Positions 11,602 to 22,149 of a DNA stretch of 64,000 nt are shown here, one piece after another; within the stretch, counting starts at the first letter, position 1, and each line of letters starts with the position of its first letter. Where the stretch lies: NCBI GenBank assembly GCA_963810935.1, contig CAWEPK010000012.1, forward strand, positions 224,001 to 288,000, in the 5' to 3' direction. Source of the stretch: an uncultured delta proteobacterium. Lineage in GTDB: Bacteria; Desulfobacterota; Syntrophorhabdia; Syntrophorhabdales; WCHB1-27. The position numbers were made by a program, and so were the translations under genes. Under the pieces are notes generated by a model, which saw only the letters and a list, made by a program, of their open reading frames with translations, had not been told where the DNA came from and did not search any database.

Positions 11602-13758
11602 GACCTGCCTCCCCCGAATTGACGGCCGTTGCCGGACTTCTTTGCAGCCGCTCTCTTTATAGCCTCTTCAAAAATCTCCTGCGTGATAAGCACCTCTTCC
11701 GGCCCTTTGGGGTCGCAGCCGTCGCCGATGCATGCAGTTATCGCCATCATGGCTGCGCTCCTGCACGCCGCCGCTATATCGGAGCCGGAGAGCCCATCCG
11801 TGAGCCCGGCCAGGTAAGCGGGGTCGACCCCCCGGCCTACGGGCCTGCCTCTCGTGTGGACGCGGAAGATATCCGCCCGGTCCGCCTCCGGCGGCATGGG
11901 GAACTCGAGGATGTAGTCTAGCCTGCCGGAGCCTGTAAGCCCCGGATCGAGCAAGTCGGGCCTGTTCGTTGCGCCGATGACGATCACCTGGGACAGACTC
12001 GCTTAAGTTATCGAGCTCGGTGAAAAGCTGGCTCGCCATGCGCTCCGCCACCGCCTCCCCCTCGGAGGAGACCGTGCGCGTCATTGCAAGGCTGTCTATA
12101 TCATCGAAAAAGAGTATGCATGGGGCCGACTGTTTCGCTTTCTTGAATATCTGGTGGAGGCCCTTCTCCGACTCGCCGAGCCACTTGGAGAAAAGCATGG
12201 AAACGCTGATGGAGATGAAATTGAGGCCCGTCTCGCCCGCGAGGGCCTTGGCCGTGAGCGTCTTGCCCGTACCCGTTGGCCCGGTAAAGAGTATGCCCCT
12301 CGGGGGCATCACCCGCGCGGAGGTGAAAAGCCCGGGATACTTGACCGGCCAGTCGATTATGGCTGCGAGCGCTTTCTTTATCTCCTTCAGGCCGCCTATG
12401 TCCTGCCAGGTGACATTTGAGCGCTCCGTCGATATCTCCCTGGTGGCGGTTGGCTCGACTGCCCTTAACCCTTTCAGGAAATCGTCCATGGTGATACGCA
12501 TTCCGTCGGCCGCCAGCTTCGCATCTACGGCGCCCCTTCCGTTTTCGAGCGACAGGTAACGGCGCACGGCCACCATGCCCGCCTCCTTGCAGAGTGCCTC
12601 GACGTCGGCGCCGACGAAGGCGTGGGTGATCGCTGCAAGGCGGCCCAGGTCAACGTCTTGCGCCAGCGGCATCCTCCGGCTGTGGATGCGCAGGATAGCC
12701 AGGCGGCCCTCTACGTTGGGGACGGGGATGACCACTTCGCGGTCGAAGCGGCCGGGCCTGCGAAGCGCGGGGTCGATAGTCTCCGGTATGTTCGTCGCGC
12801 CGATGACGACTACCTGCCCCCTGCGGACCATGCCGTCCATCAGGGCGAGCAACTGGGCCACTACCCGTTTTTCGACGTCCCCGAGCACTTCCGCCCGCTT
12901 CGGCGCTATGGCGTCGATCTCGTCGATAAAGACGACGCTAGGCGCGTTCTGCGCGGCCTCTTCGAAGATCTCCCGCAGCCTGGCCTCGCTCTCGCCGTAA
13001 AATTTGTGGATGATCTCCGGCCCGTTGATCCTTATGAAGTGCAGCCCGCTCTCCCCCGCGATGGCGCGGGCGATAAGGGTCTTGCCCGTGCCGGGCGGGC
13101 CGTAGAGAAGGACGCCTTTGGGGGCCTCGACACCCAGCTTTTCGAAGACGTCCCCGTACCTCAAGGGCAGCTCGACCAGCTCCCTGACCAGGCGCAGCTC
13201 CTTCTCCAGCCCGCCGATGTCGTCGTAAGTGACGCGCGTGGCCGCATCGGGCGCGAAGTCCACCTTCTTCAGCACGAACCTGGTCTTCTGGTTTATGATG
13301 ACGCCGCCGGCCGGGGATGTGCCTTCCACTGTGAAGAGGCGCGGCTTCCCCCCGAGGAGCGGTATGTTGACCTTGTCTCCGGTTATGGCTGCTACGCCCT
13401 GGAGGAGAAGGGCGAAATGGTGCAGGTCCTGCTCTTCGGGCAGGCCGGTCGAAGGATCGACGGGGGTAATAACGACGGTCTCCGCCGTTCTCCTGCGGAC
13501 CTTGTGGACGGTGACGCTGCTTCCCAGGTGGACGCCGGCGTTCTCGCGCGTAAGGCCGTCTATGCCGATCGTCTTCGCGCCGGAAGGCGGGAGCGTACCT
13601 GCTACGCGGGTGACGGTAGTGCGGGCGCCTGCGATCTCGACCACGTCGCCCAGGACTGCGCCGAGCAGCTTCATGTCGCCTGCCGTGAGGCGGGCTATCC
13701 CTTTTGCCACGTCGTCGGCTATCGCTTCCACTACCTTGAACTTCGCGCTGGGCTCCAT
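11595..13758 (-). CDS. CDC48/VAT family AAA+ ATPase; frameshift near 11990
   Basis: CDC48 N domain; D1 GPPGTGKT/IDEID/RPGRFDRE; D2 GPTGTGKT/FFDDID; C-terminus continues in ORF 11595-11987 (IGATNRPDLLD). Confidence 0.9.
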
Positions 13759-13792
13759 AATCTTCTTATCAGGAAAGGACTTACCCCTCAAA

Positions 13793-13839
13793 CATCAGAT
13801 GATATGTTTATCTTACGTTAACGATTTTACCATTGTCAA
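13793..13839 (-). promoter_or_regulatory. Sigma70 promoter and candidate GntR operator for the oxalate operon
   Basis: Minus strand TTGACA-18-TAAGAT followed by palindrome CATCAGATG (13793-13801). Confidence 0.55.
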
Positions 13840-13941
13840 TAAAAAGTTTAAAGGGGGATAAGGGGGTGGTCGGAAAGTGGGGGCGGAAAGAGATAAATGG
13901 CATGAGATTGAGCGAACGGTATGCTGAAAACACTTTACCCG

Positions 13942-14592
13942 CTAAAAGAAGTACTCCTGTTTGACCTCTGCTCCATCGGTCATGACGACGAAGTCTCCTC
14001 CGTCGTAAGGGCCCGACACCAGCTTTTCGAAATACCCGAGACCGCCCTCTATCTCCCGGTATTCCTTCCCGAAGGCCGCACAGTTCTCCCGCGTCCGGCG
14101 CCTGAGGGCCTCGACGTCACCGACGCCGTTGTTTATGAGGGCGATGTGCTTGTAATGATTCAGCTCCTCTTCCATCACCCAAAGGGCAGTCTCGATCCCG
14201 TGCTTCGGCGCGTAATCGTCATGGACGATGCCGAGGGGATCCTTCTTTGCTGCGACCCATCCGGGCGTAAGGTAGTAGGTGCCGGGAGCGGAAGCAAAGG
14301 CCTCCCGGTACGCCTCCATTGAGCCGAGAAAAAGACCTATACAGTCGTGACATTTCGGGATTACCAGATCGCCCCGGCTAAAGCGTATTCCTTTTATGCC
14401 GCCCGAGCAGAGACCGTATCCGATGACGATGCGGTCAGCAGCACCGGCCCGGTCGATCCGCTCCTGAATCAGGCCGGCCATCTTTTGGGGGGTCCTGTGA
14501 AGTCCCTGGTCGAGGAAGCTCAAAGTGACGGGGCGGCCCGCCGCTACCTTCTCCAGCTCGCTCCTCATGACCTCGCAGGCAATTACAATCAT
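13942..14592 (-). CDS. DUF1638 domain protein
   Basis: IACEV, GLHRTP, YGLCSGG, HDCI, GTYYLTPGW motifs. Confidence 0.85.
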   Translation of the reverse strand: MIVIACEVMRSELEKVAAGRPVTLSFLDQGLHRTPQKMAGLIQERIDRAGAADRIVIGYGLCSGGIKGIRFSRGDLVIPKCHDCIGLFLGSMEAYREAFASAPGTYYLTPGWVAAKKDPLGIVHDDYAPKHGIETALWVMEEELNHYKHIALINNGVGDVEALRRRTRENCAAFGKEYREIEGGLGYFEKLVSGPYDGGDFVVMTDGAEVKQEYFF

Positions 14593-14677
14593 CCGGTTAT
14601 CTTGCGGGGCCCGGGCTGCGCCTTTGCCGCCGGATGGCGGCGTTGCCGCCCAGCCCGGGCCCCCCCAACTTTGTTAT

Positions 14678-16054
14678 CTATCCGCTCACCTCTTCGAGGA
14701 CGCGCCCCTTGGTCTCAGGACCCAGCAAGAGCACGTTGAGCGCTGCAATGGCAAAAGAGATCGCGCCCAGCGTGAAAACCGCCTCGACCCCATAGGAGCT
14801 GATGACAATGGGAACGACGGACGGGCCGATCAGCGCGCCCACCCTGCCCCAGCCGGAGGCCGTGCCGCAGCCGGTCGCGCGCGCCCTCGTCGGGAAAAGC
14901 TCGGGAGAGTATACGTAAAGGACCGACCACATGCCGAAGAAGAAAAACTGCATGAAGGCCCCCGCAACGACGAGCTGCGATTGCGATACGGCATGACCGT
15001 AGAAATAAGCGGCGACGCCGCTCAGTGTTACGTAGCCGACAACAGCCGCCTTCCGTCCCAGCTTTTCAACGAGATACGCGGCAGAGAAGAAGCCGGGTAC
15101 TCCGAAGAGGGTCATGAACAGGACGAACTGGATCGATTTCGTTACGGCGAAGCCCTTGTCAACGAGCAGCTTGCCCATCCACGTGGTTATGCCGTAGTAG
15201 CCGAGCAGGGCGAAGAACCACAGGACCCAAACCATGATCGTCCGTCTCTTGTATTTATCGGTAAAGAGCTCCCACAATGAGAAACCCCCCGTCGCCGTCT
15301 CGTCGGCAACGCCTTGAAGGGTCGGCTCAGGCAGAGGCTTACCGTATGCATTCTCGACCTTGCCCTCGACGAAGCGCATCGTAGTCTCGGCCTCTTCCAT
15401 CCTACCCCTCGCTTCGTACCAGCGGGGAGGCTCGGGGACCTTGCGGCGGATCACCAGGACGTAGATGGCCGGAATGCCCGTGGCCAGAAAGACCACACGC
15501 CAGCCCGCCGTGGAGACCAGAAGGAGGGAGACGATGCCGGCGAGGATGAAGCCGAGGGGAAAAAAGCCTTCCAAAAGAGCTATGTACTTGCCTCGCTCCT
15601 TAGCGGGTATGAACTCGGAGAGCATCGCTTGAGCTACCGGGAACTCCGCTCCCATGCCGAACCCGAGGATAAAACGCATAACGAGCATGAACCCGTACGT
15701 AGGGGCGATCGCGCAAAGGAAGGCCGCGATACCCCACATAATCATGCTGTATTGAAAAACGGCCTTGCGCCCTATACGGTCGGCCACCATCCCTGCGATG
15801 GATGCGCCCAGGGCCATGCCGGCCAGGCTCGCGCTGCCCATGAAGCCCGTTTGCGCCGGAGACAGCGAAAAAGTCTTGCTGATGGGCGCGAGGATGAATG
15901 TCATCATCCCCAGGTCCATGGAGTCGAACAGCCAGGCCGTCGCGATGATGAAAAAGATCGAGCGTTGATAGCGCGTCATAGGAAGGCGCTCCATTCTCCG
16001 AGGCAGGTTCAGCGCATTTCTATTCGCTGCAACGTCACTTTTATTCACAGTCAT
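14678..16054 (-). CDS. MFS transporter (aromatic acid/sugar porter-like)
   Basis: ADRIGRK, GFGMGAE, PELFPTRARATG, PETKGR motifs; 12 TM. Confidence 0.92.
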   Translation of the reverse strand: MTVNKSDVAANRNALNLPRRMERLPMTRYQRSIFFIIATAWLFDSMDLGMMTFILAPISKTFSLSPAQTGFMGSASLAGMALGASIAGMVADRIGRKAVFQYSMIMWGIAAFLCAIAPTYGFMLVMRFILGFGMGAEFPVAQAMLSEFIPAKERGKYIALLEGFFPLGFILAGIVSLLLVSTAGWRVVFLATGIPAIYVLVIRRKVPEPPRWYEARGRMEEAETTMRFVEGKVENAYGKPLPEPTLQGVADETATGGFSLWELFTDKYKRRTIMVWVLWFFALLGYYGITTWMGKLLVDKGFAVTKSIQFVLFMTLFGVPGFFSAAYLVEKLGRKAAVVGYVTLSGVAAYFYGHAVSQSQLVVAGAFMQFFFFGMWSVLYVYSPELFPTRARATGCGTASGWGRVGALIGPSVVPIVISSYGVEAVFTLGAISFAIAALNVLLLGPETKGRVLEEVSG

Positions 16055-16072
16055 ATCCGTTCTCCTTTAGCA

Positions 16073-17179
16073 TTACGCAAGCGGGAGCTTGCCGTGCTTC
16101 TCTATGACGTTGACGACCCTGCTCACCCGGTTGATATCAGCCTGGACGGGCAGGTTGTCGCCCATGCCGATGATGAAGCGCGTACCCGGCCTCATCTCCT
16201 CGATAAGCGCCTTCACGTAGCTGTCGAACTCGCTGTCGCTTACGGACGGCTCGAAGAGGATCGACGGTATCCCTCCCCAGATCGTCACGTTTTCCCCCAG
16301 GGCCTTGAAATCGGTCATGGTGCACTTCGTCTGCGGCGCCGGCGTGACGGCCTCCCCGATGTCAAGCATCGTCTCGGCATAAAGAGGGATGAGCCTCTTC
16401 ATCTCGCCGTCGATATGGGCCATGGAAAACTTGCCTACCCTGTGGACCTTCTCGTTGCACTCCCTGAACCACGGCGTGAAGTACTGTTTGAAGACTGGCG
16501 TGTGGATATCGTCGCTCCAGTTGGCGCACAGGTTTATGATCTCGTTGTCCGAAGCGAGACAGATATCGAGCTTCTTCCTTTCGAGGTTGTACATCGCCTC
16601 CATGAGGGCGTCGACCTCTTCGGGGTTGTCCATGTACTCCTCGTAGAACAGCTCGTATCCCATGATCTCGCGCATAACCCTCTGCGACGCACCCCACAGG
16701 CCCGTACCCGTCATCACGATGCCCCGCTCGCCCATATCTGCGTACTCTTTGGCGAACTCCTCATTGAAGACGGGGACCGTGTGGTCAAGGATGTATTTGA
16801 TCACCGGATAATCCTTCTTGCTCTTGAACAGCTTCTCATGCTCGTAGGCGAGCCACGGGCCCTCGTTGACCGACCAGATGAGCTTGATCGAGCAGGTGCC
16901 TATGGGGGTAATGTACTCGGTTACCTCATAGGGCGGCTCCTGCCTCTTCACTACTTCCATGTCGCGGTACTCCTCCCTGCAGATGGAGAAGAACCTCTTC
17001 TGCGCGGCTGCGCCTTGATCGGCTATGATGTCCGTCGATGACCATCCCTTGTATTTTTCGGGCAGGGAGTTATGGGCGAGATGGTAGTTATACCAGACGT
17101 CGATGCGCGCGCCGAAAGGTATCTTGTCCACCTGCTTGCCTGCCACTACGTCGAGTATTCTTTGTTTTTGGGTAAGCAT
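16073..17179 (-). CDS. UroD/MtaA-superfamily protein, probable corrinoid methyltransferase
   Basis: HIDG metal-ligand motif, TIWGGIP, FIIGMGD; directly downstream of corrinoid protein. Confidence 0.75.
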   Translation of the reverse strand: MLTQKQRILDVVAGKQVDKIPFGARIDVWYNYHLAHNSLPEKYKGWSSTDIIADQGAAAQKRFFSICREEYRDMEVVKRQEPPYEVTEYITPIGTCSIKLIWSVNEGPWLAYEHEKLFKSKKDYPVIKYILDHTVPVFNEEFAKEYADMGERGIVMTGTGLWGASQRVMREIMGYELFYEEYMDNPEEVDALMEAMYNLERKKLDICLASDNEIINLCANWSDDIHTPVFKQYFTPWFRECNEKVHRVGKFSMAHIDGEMKRLIPLYAETMLDIGEAVTPAPQTKCTMTDFKALGENVTIWGGIPSILFEPSVSDSEFDSYVKALIEEMRPGTRFIIGMGDNLPVQADINRVSRVVNVIEKHGKLPLA

Positions 17180-17206
17180 ATTGAAAAAACCTCCTCCCCC
17201 GGTTTC

Positions 17207-17839
17207 TTAGCCTTCCAAGAGGCCCTTACAGACCTTTATGGCTTGTCCGCCGTCGGCCGCGTATGCGTCGGCCCCCATCCGCAGGGCAAACTCCTCCGTC
17301 ACCGGGGCGCCCCCTGCCACTACTTTAACCTTGGAGCGCAGGCCCTTGCTCTCCAGCGCCTTAATGACCGCGCCGATTTCGTGCATGGTCGTCGTGAGCA
17401 GTGTTGAAAGCCCGAGTATCTGCGGCTTCTCCTTCTCGACGACCTCGCAGAACTTTTCATCGGACACGTCCGTTCCGATGTCGATTACCTCAAAACCAAC
17501 GCCTTTCAGAAAGTTGACAACGATGTTCTTCCCTATGTCGTGCATGTCGTTCTTTACCGTGCCGATGACGATCTTCCCCAGGCTGGCAGCCTCGCTTCCT
17601 TTCATCGCCGATTTCAGGACCTCGAAGGCAAAGTTCATGCACCTTGCCGACTTCATCATGTCGGGCAGAAAATACTCTCCTGTAGTATATTTCTCGCCGA
17701 CTACCTCCATCCCCGCCTGGAGCCGCTGGATGACATCAGCCGCCTTCGCCCCGGAATCGAGGACCTCCTGGGTCATTGCGGCTATCTCTTTCCAGTCGCC
17801 CCTGATAACTTTGTCGACTAGCTCCTCAAGCTGCGCCAT
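17207..17839 (-). CDS. Corrinoid (B12-binding) methyltransferase protein
   Basis: Cap domain plus DMHDIGKNIV (DxHxxG), SxL and GG motifs. Confidence 0.95.
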   Translation of the reverse strand: MAQLEELVDKVIRGDWKEIAAMTQEVLDSGAKAADVIQRLQAGMEVVGEKYTTGEYFLPDMMKSARCMNFAFEVLKSAMKGSEAASLGKIVIGTVKNDMHDIGKNIVVNFLKGVGFEVIDIGTDVSDEKFCEVVEKEKPQILGLSTLLTTTMHEIGAVIKALESKGLRSKVKVVAGGAPVTEEFALRMGADAYAADGGQAIKVCKGLLEG

Positions 17840-17887
17840 TACCTAACCTCCCTGTTTTGAACATGACAATGCGATTTAACGATAAAA

Positions 17888-17902
17888 GCAATAACTGTGC
17901 CG
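17888..17902 (-). promoter_or_regulatory. Sigma54 (-24/-12) promoter
   Basis: CGGCAC-AGTTA-TTGC upstream of the corrinoid gene. Confidence 0.75.
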
Positions 17903-18125
17903 CATAGCTGCCATCCCGGCGCTCAGGCCGGTGGCTTACGACGGACCTTCTCTTTTCGGGCCAAAACAGGGCAAAGCCGGGACGACACGCGTCCGCGATC
18001 AAAAAGCGGGCGACCTTTTTCGGCCGTTTTTTGGCGCTTGGGTCGTTGAATGTGATTCGAAGCGTAATCGCCCGAAAGAAGGCAGGGCAACACTGTCGGC
18101 GGCGGCAACGCCTTTTTCCGCTCCT

Positions 18126-19982
18126 TTACGTATTAACGGACGTGATTCTTTCGTGAATCGCCTCTCCGCTGTCGATGGGGCTCGCTGTCCGGATGCCGTA
18201 CTTCCGCATTTTCTTGACTACCGTTGACTGGCTGATGGCCAGCAACACCGCGGTCTTCCTCGTGCTCCCCGTCTGGCGGTATGCGTCCAGGAGCGCCTGC
18301 CTTTCTTCACGCTCGTACAACTCCCTCAGTGAGGAGAGCGACGGGCAGCCATTTAACTTAAAGCCGAGGCCGTGAAGGGCCTCCATGCCCACGCAGTCGC
18401 CCCTGCACGTGACGACGGCGCGTTCTATAGTGTTCTCCAACTGACGGACGTTGCCCGGCCAGTCATGGTTGCAAAGGCAGGCGATTGCCTCGGGGTGTAT
18501 CCATTTCCGGTACCCGTGCTGCGAGTTGAACCTCTGGAGGAACTCGTTGATGAGGGGGCCTATATCGCCTTTGCGCTCCCGAAGCGGTGGAAGGACGATC
18601 GGAATCACGTTCAGGCGGTAATAGAGGTCCTGCCGGAAGGTCTTCTCCCGGACCATCGTTTCTATGTCCTTATTGGTCGCGGCGATGATCCGGACGTCCA
18701 GGTCTATCACCTTGGTCCCGCCTATCCTCGTGATCCGCTTGTTCTGGACCGCGCTCAATATCTTCACCTGGAGGTCGAGGGGAAGCTCGCCCACCTCGTC
18801 AAGGAACAGCGTCCCGCCCTCGGCAAGCTCGAAACGGCCGGGCTTGCCTGCCTTGAGCGCGCCAGTGAAGGCGCCGGGCTCGTAGCCGAAGAACTCGGAC
18901 TCGAGGAGACTCCCCGGCACGGCGGCGCAGTTGATTTCGACGAAGGGCTTCAGCGCGCGCTTGCTCGCCCTATGGATGAGCCTGGCGAAGAGGTCCTTGC
19001 CCACGCCCGATTCGCCGAGGATCAGCACGCTCGAATCGACCTGCGCGATGTGGACGGCCAGCTCGACCCTCTGCTTCATGGCAGGGTCGTTCGTGATAAT
19101 TCTCCTGTCCGTCCTGACCTGTTGGCGCAGCTTCTCCAGCTCTTTATAGTAGCTCTTCCTGGCGGCCTCGCTTTCCTCGAGCCTCTCCTTCAGGTCGTTC
19201 AACTGCGTGGTGTCCCTGGTGGATGTCACGACGCGTATTATGTCGCCGTTTTCGTTGTACACGGGGTTGGCGGTCAGGAGCAGCTCCTTGCCGTTTCGCA
19301 CGTCAACCGTCGAGTAGGGCGCCTTCCTCTGGACCACGATATCGGAGAGCGACTTGCCGATGTATCCTTCCCTGATAAGCTCGTGGACGTGCTTGCCGCT
19401 GTATTCCTCGTCCGCTATGCCCACCATCGTTTTGTAAGCCTGGTTTACCCTGAGCACTATGCCCTTCTCGTCCACGATGACGAGTCCGTCGTCGACGGAC
19501 TCGAAGATGCCGTCAAGCTCGCGGTTCAGGGCCTTGACGCTCTCGATTTCCTGGGACAATTTCTCGATCTCCGATATGTCCTGGAAGACGCCGACGGCCC
19601 CGACAATCATGCCGCCCTGCTTTATGACCATCCTGTTGGAAAAAACCGTGTGGCCGTTGATGACCATGCGCCGGCTCGTCTCCGACGCGCCCTTCTTAAT
19701 GGCGTCCAGAAGGCCCGTGTTCGGGATGAGCTTGTCGACCCGCTTTCCAACGGCGTGGGCCTCGTCCGTCCCTATGGTCCTGGCTGCCGTCTTGTTAAGG
19801 AAAACGACCACCCCCTTAACGTCGACCGCGATGAGGCCGTTCCGGGAGAAATCGATTATACCCAGCCATTCTTCGGTCTCAAGGCCGAACCGGCCCTGCC
19901 ACTTCCTCCGGATTGCGGCCTCTTCCGGCCCCCAGCACGATCCATGCATATGTGAACCCCTTTTCCTTTCGCGGATTGTCAT
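18126..19982 (-). CDS. PAS-PAS sigma54-dependent enhancer-binding regulator
   Basis: [33 protein letters not shown]-terminal HTH. Confidence 0.95.
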   Translation of the reverse strand: MTIRERKRGSHMHGSCWGPEEAAIRRKWQGRFGLETEEWLGIIDFSRNGLIAVDVKGVVVFLNKTAARTIGTDEAHAVGKRVDKLIPNTGLLDAIKKGASETSRRMVINGHTVFSNRMVIKQGGMIVGAVGVFQDISEIEKLSQEIESVKALNRELDGIFESVDDGLVIVDEKGIVLRVNQAYKTMVGIADEEYSGKHVHELIREGYIGKSLSDIVVQRKAPYSTVDVRNGKELLLTANPVYNENGDIIRVVTSTRDTTQLNDLKERLEESEAARKSYYKELEKLRQQVRTDRRIITNDPAMKQRVELAVHIAQVDSSVLILGESGVGKDLFARLIHRASKRALKPFVEINCAAVPGSLLESEFFGYEPGAFTGALKAGKPGRFELAEGGTLFLDEVGELPLDLQVKILSAVQNKRITRIGGTKVIDLDVRIIAATNKDIETMVREKTFRQDLYYRLNVIPIVLPPLRERKGDIGPLINEFLQRFNSQHGYRKWIHPEAIACLCNHDWPGNVRQLENTIERAVVTCRGDCVGMEALHGLGFKLNGCPSLSSLRELYEREERQALLDAYRQTGSTRKTAVLLAISQSTVVKKMRKYGIRTASPIDSGEAIHERITSVNT

Positions 19983-20152
19983 GCCGGAAGACCGGCAGGA
20001 CGAACGTTCCGGTCCGATTCCAAATGGAATCGGAAACGCTTAATCGTAACATTGCGCTTAAGGTATGTCAACGGGCCTTCAGCCCCCGCGTTTCCTTACG
20101 TATCTTTGCTTAAAAGTCCTTGCGGCCGCCGCCCGACGGCAGGTCAAATCTG

Positions 20153-20167
20153 CGGCATGCAATTTGA
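20153..20167 (+). promoter_or_regulatory. Probable sigma54 promoter
   Basis: CGGCAT-GCAAT-TTGA upstream of the methyltransferase gene. Confidence 0.55.
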
Positions 20168-20221
20168 AAGTGAGTTAAGCGGAGAACGTCGGGGGAATAA
20201 GGAAAGCTTCAGGGAGACATC

Positions 20222-21016
20222 ATGCTCATAGTAGGCGAAAGGATCAACTCGTCGCGCAAGGCAATAAGGGAAGCCATTTTAGCGCTGGACAGGGAAACAA
20301 TCCAGGCCGAGGCGAAGCGGCAGGCCGAGGCAGGCGCCGATTACATAGACGTCAACGCCGGGACGTTCTCGGGGGAAGAATCGAAGCGGCTTAAATGGCT
20401 GATCGAAGCCGTGCAGGAAGTTTGCGACCTTCCGCTCACAGTCGACAGCCCGGACCCGGAAGTCATAAGGGCGGCGCTGCCGGGCGTGCGCGGGAAGCCC
20501 ATGATCAATTCAGTGACCCTCGAAAGGAAGCGCATCGACGGGATACTACCCCTCGTGAAAGAATACGGCGCCAAAGTGATCGGCCTGTGCCAATCCGAAG
20601 GCGCGATGGCCGACACCGCCGGCGCCAAGATCGAGATGGCGCGCCGCCTCGCCGACGAGCTCGACCGTGCGGGCATCCCCCTCGACGACTGCTACATCGA
20701 CCCTCTCGTTTACCCTTTAGGGACTAATCATGGCTCGGCGCACGAGACGATAGAAGCCTTCGCGCGCATCGCCCGCGAGCTGCCGGACGTGCATACGATA
20801 TGCGGCCTCACGAACGTCTCCTACGGCCTGCCGAACCGCAGCCTGATCAACCGCTCCTTCCTGATCGCCTCTGTGACGCACGGCCTCGATTCCGCCATAC
20901 TCGACCCCACAGACAAACAGCTATGGTCCGCCCTGAAGGCAGCCTTGCTAATCGACGGAAGGGACGACTTCTCCGCGGATTACATCGACGCGTTCCGCGC
21001 GGGCAGGCTGGAATAA
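20222..21016 (+). CDS. Methyltetrahydrofolate:corrinoid methyltransferase (AcsE-like pterin-binding)
   Basis: IVGERINSSRK, YIDVN, VDSP, MINS, IDPL, GLTNVSYGLP motifs. Confidence 0.92.
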   Translation: MLIVGERINSSRKAIREAILALDRETIQAEAKRQAEAGADYIDVNAGTFSGEESKRLKWLIEAVQEVCDLPLTVDSPDPEVIRAALPGVRGKPMINSVTLERKRIDGILPLVKEYGAKVIGLCQSEGAMADTAGAKIEMARRLADELDRAGIPLDDCYIDPLVYPLGTNHGSAHETIEAFARIARELPDVHTICGLTNVSYGLPNRSLINRSFLIASVTHGLDSAILDPTDKQLWSALKAALLIDGRDDFSADYIDAFRAGRLE

Positions 21017-21123
21017 GAGGTTGGGGCGGAGAAATCAGGCTCCCATCAAACCCTCCAATTACCAGCACCTTTCCTTCGGAAGCAGGGTAGCAGTGTGGTA
21101 CGTGCGGGCCGTCCTAAATTTTT

Positions 21124-21152
21124 TTGACAAAGGGACTGGCGGTGTATACATT
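21124..21152 (+). promoter_or_regulatory. Sigma70 promoter
   Basis: TTGACA-17-TACATT. Confidence 0.6.
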
Positions 21153-21193
21153 GCTATCAATTATGTCACCTGTGCTGTTCTGGAGGATTGGGC

Positions 21194-22012
21194 ATGACGA
21201 GAGCGTGCGCACTGCTTACAGTTGCTATGATCGTTTTCCTTGCTTGGGCGGCTCCTGCGCCCTGCGCAGACCAGGATAAAAAAACCCCGGCACCCGTGCA
21301 GACTTATAAATGGACGGGTTTCTACGTAGGCGTCAACGCGGGATATGGCTTCGGGAGTAATTCCGTTGACTTAGGCGCACCCGACTCCTCCCCCTCGGGA
21401 TTCAGCCAGGTGCTTGCGGCGGGGGGAGCGCCCTGGCCCGGCAATCTGAGCGCCGGCGGGTTTGTTGGCGGCGCGCAGGCCGGCTACAATTACCAGTTCG
21501 ATAATTATTGGGTCGCCGGGTTCGAGGCCGACCTCCAGTACGCCTCAATCCGGGACAGCAGCACTGTCACCGCGCCCCCGCCTCCGGGGTTCGTGCCCGG
21601 CATAACGACCGTCCGTCAGAACATATCGTGGCTCGACACGATCCGGCCGAGGATAGGGCGCCTTGTCACGGACCGGGTGCTGCTCTACGGCACGGGAGGC
21701 ATTGCCTTTGCCGGCGTTGACAGGTCGGCGACGCTCGAATACCCCCAGGGCGGTAACTTCAACCCGGGCGTCCTCGGGCAGAAATACTACGGCTCGTCGG
21801 GCGGCACCAAGACCGGTTGGACCGTCGGGGGCGGCGTGGAATGGGCGTTCGCGAAAAAACTCAGCCTAAAAGCCGAGTACCTTTACTACGACCTCGGCAA
21901 TGAGACCGTCGGCCTTGTCCCCGATTATCCGGGTAGCCCTCCCGGAACTTTATTGGCGCGTTTTCACACGACAGGCCAGATCGTGCGCACCGGGCTGAAC
22001 TACAAGTTCTGA
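21194..22012 (+). CDS. Omp25/Omp31-like outer-membrane beta-barrel
   Basis: WTGFYVGVNAGY, GGAQAGYNYQ, LLYGTGG, KAEYLYYDLG, terminal GLNYKF. Confidence 0.9.
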   Translation: MTRACALLTVAMIVFLAWAAPAPCADQDKKTPAPVQTYKWTGFYVGVNAGYGFGSNSVDLGAPDSSPSGFSQVLAAGGAPWPGNLSAGGFVGGAQAGYNYQFDNYWVAGFEADLQYASIRDSSTVTAPPPPGFVPGITTVRQNISWLDTIRPRIGRLVTDRVLLYGTGGIAFAGVDRSATLEYPQGGNFNPGVLGQKYYGSSGGTKTGWTVGGGVEWAFAKKLSLKAEYLYYDLGNETVGLVPDYPGSPPGTLLARFHTTGQIVRTGLNYKF

Positions 22013-22100
22013 CGCGGGGAACGGGATGCCACGGAAGCGGCAGGGGCCTTGTTGGTAAGAATGGAACAGGGTAACAGACCCTCCGAATTGCCGGCTTCCC

Positions 22101-22134
22101 GCAATGGGGAAGGTCGATCGGCCTTCCCCATTGC
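22101..22134. terminator. Strong hairpin between convergent genes
   Basis: GCAATGGGGAAGG-8nt-CCTTCCCCATTGC perfect 13-bp stem. Confidence 0.65.
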
Positions 22135-22149
22135 CGCAGAAACGGCCGA

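Noticed and set aside
11980..12000. Programmed frameshift in CDC48
   Set aside because: No slippery heptamer is evident, and similar indels occur throughout the window.
15314..19955. Long plus-strand ORFs (575 aa, 527 aa) and similar antisense ORFs such as 12622-13821 and 38002-39543
   Set aside because: Shadow frames of GC-rich genes on the opposite strand with no recognisable motifs.
13942..21016. Pyrrolysine or selenocysteine read-through in the methyltransferase cluster
   Set aside because: The ORFs are full length with no internal amber or opal stop, and no MttB/MtmB gene is present.
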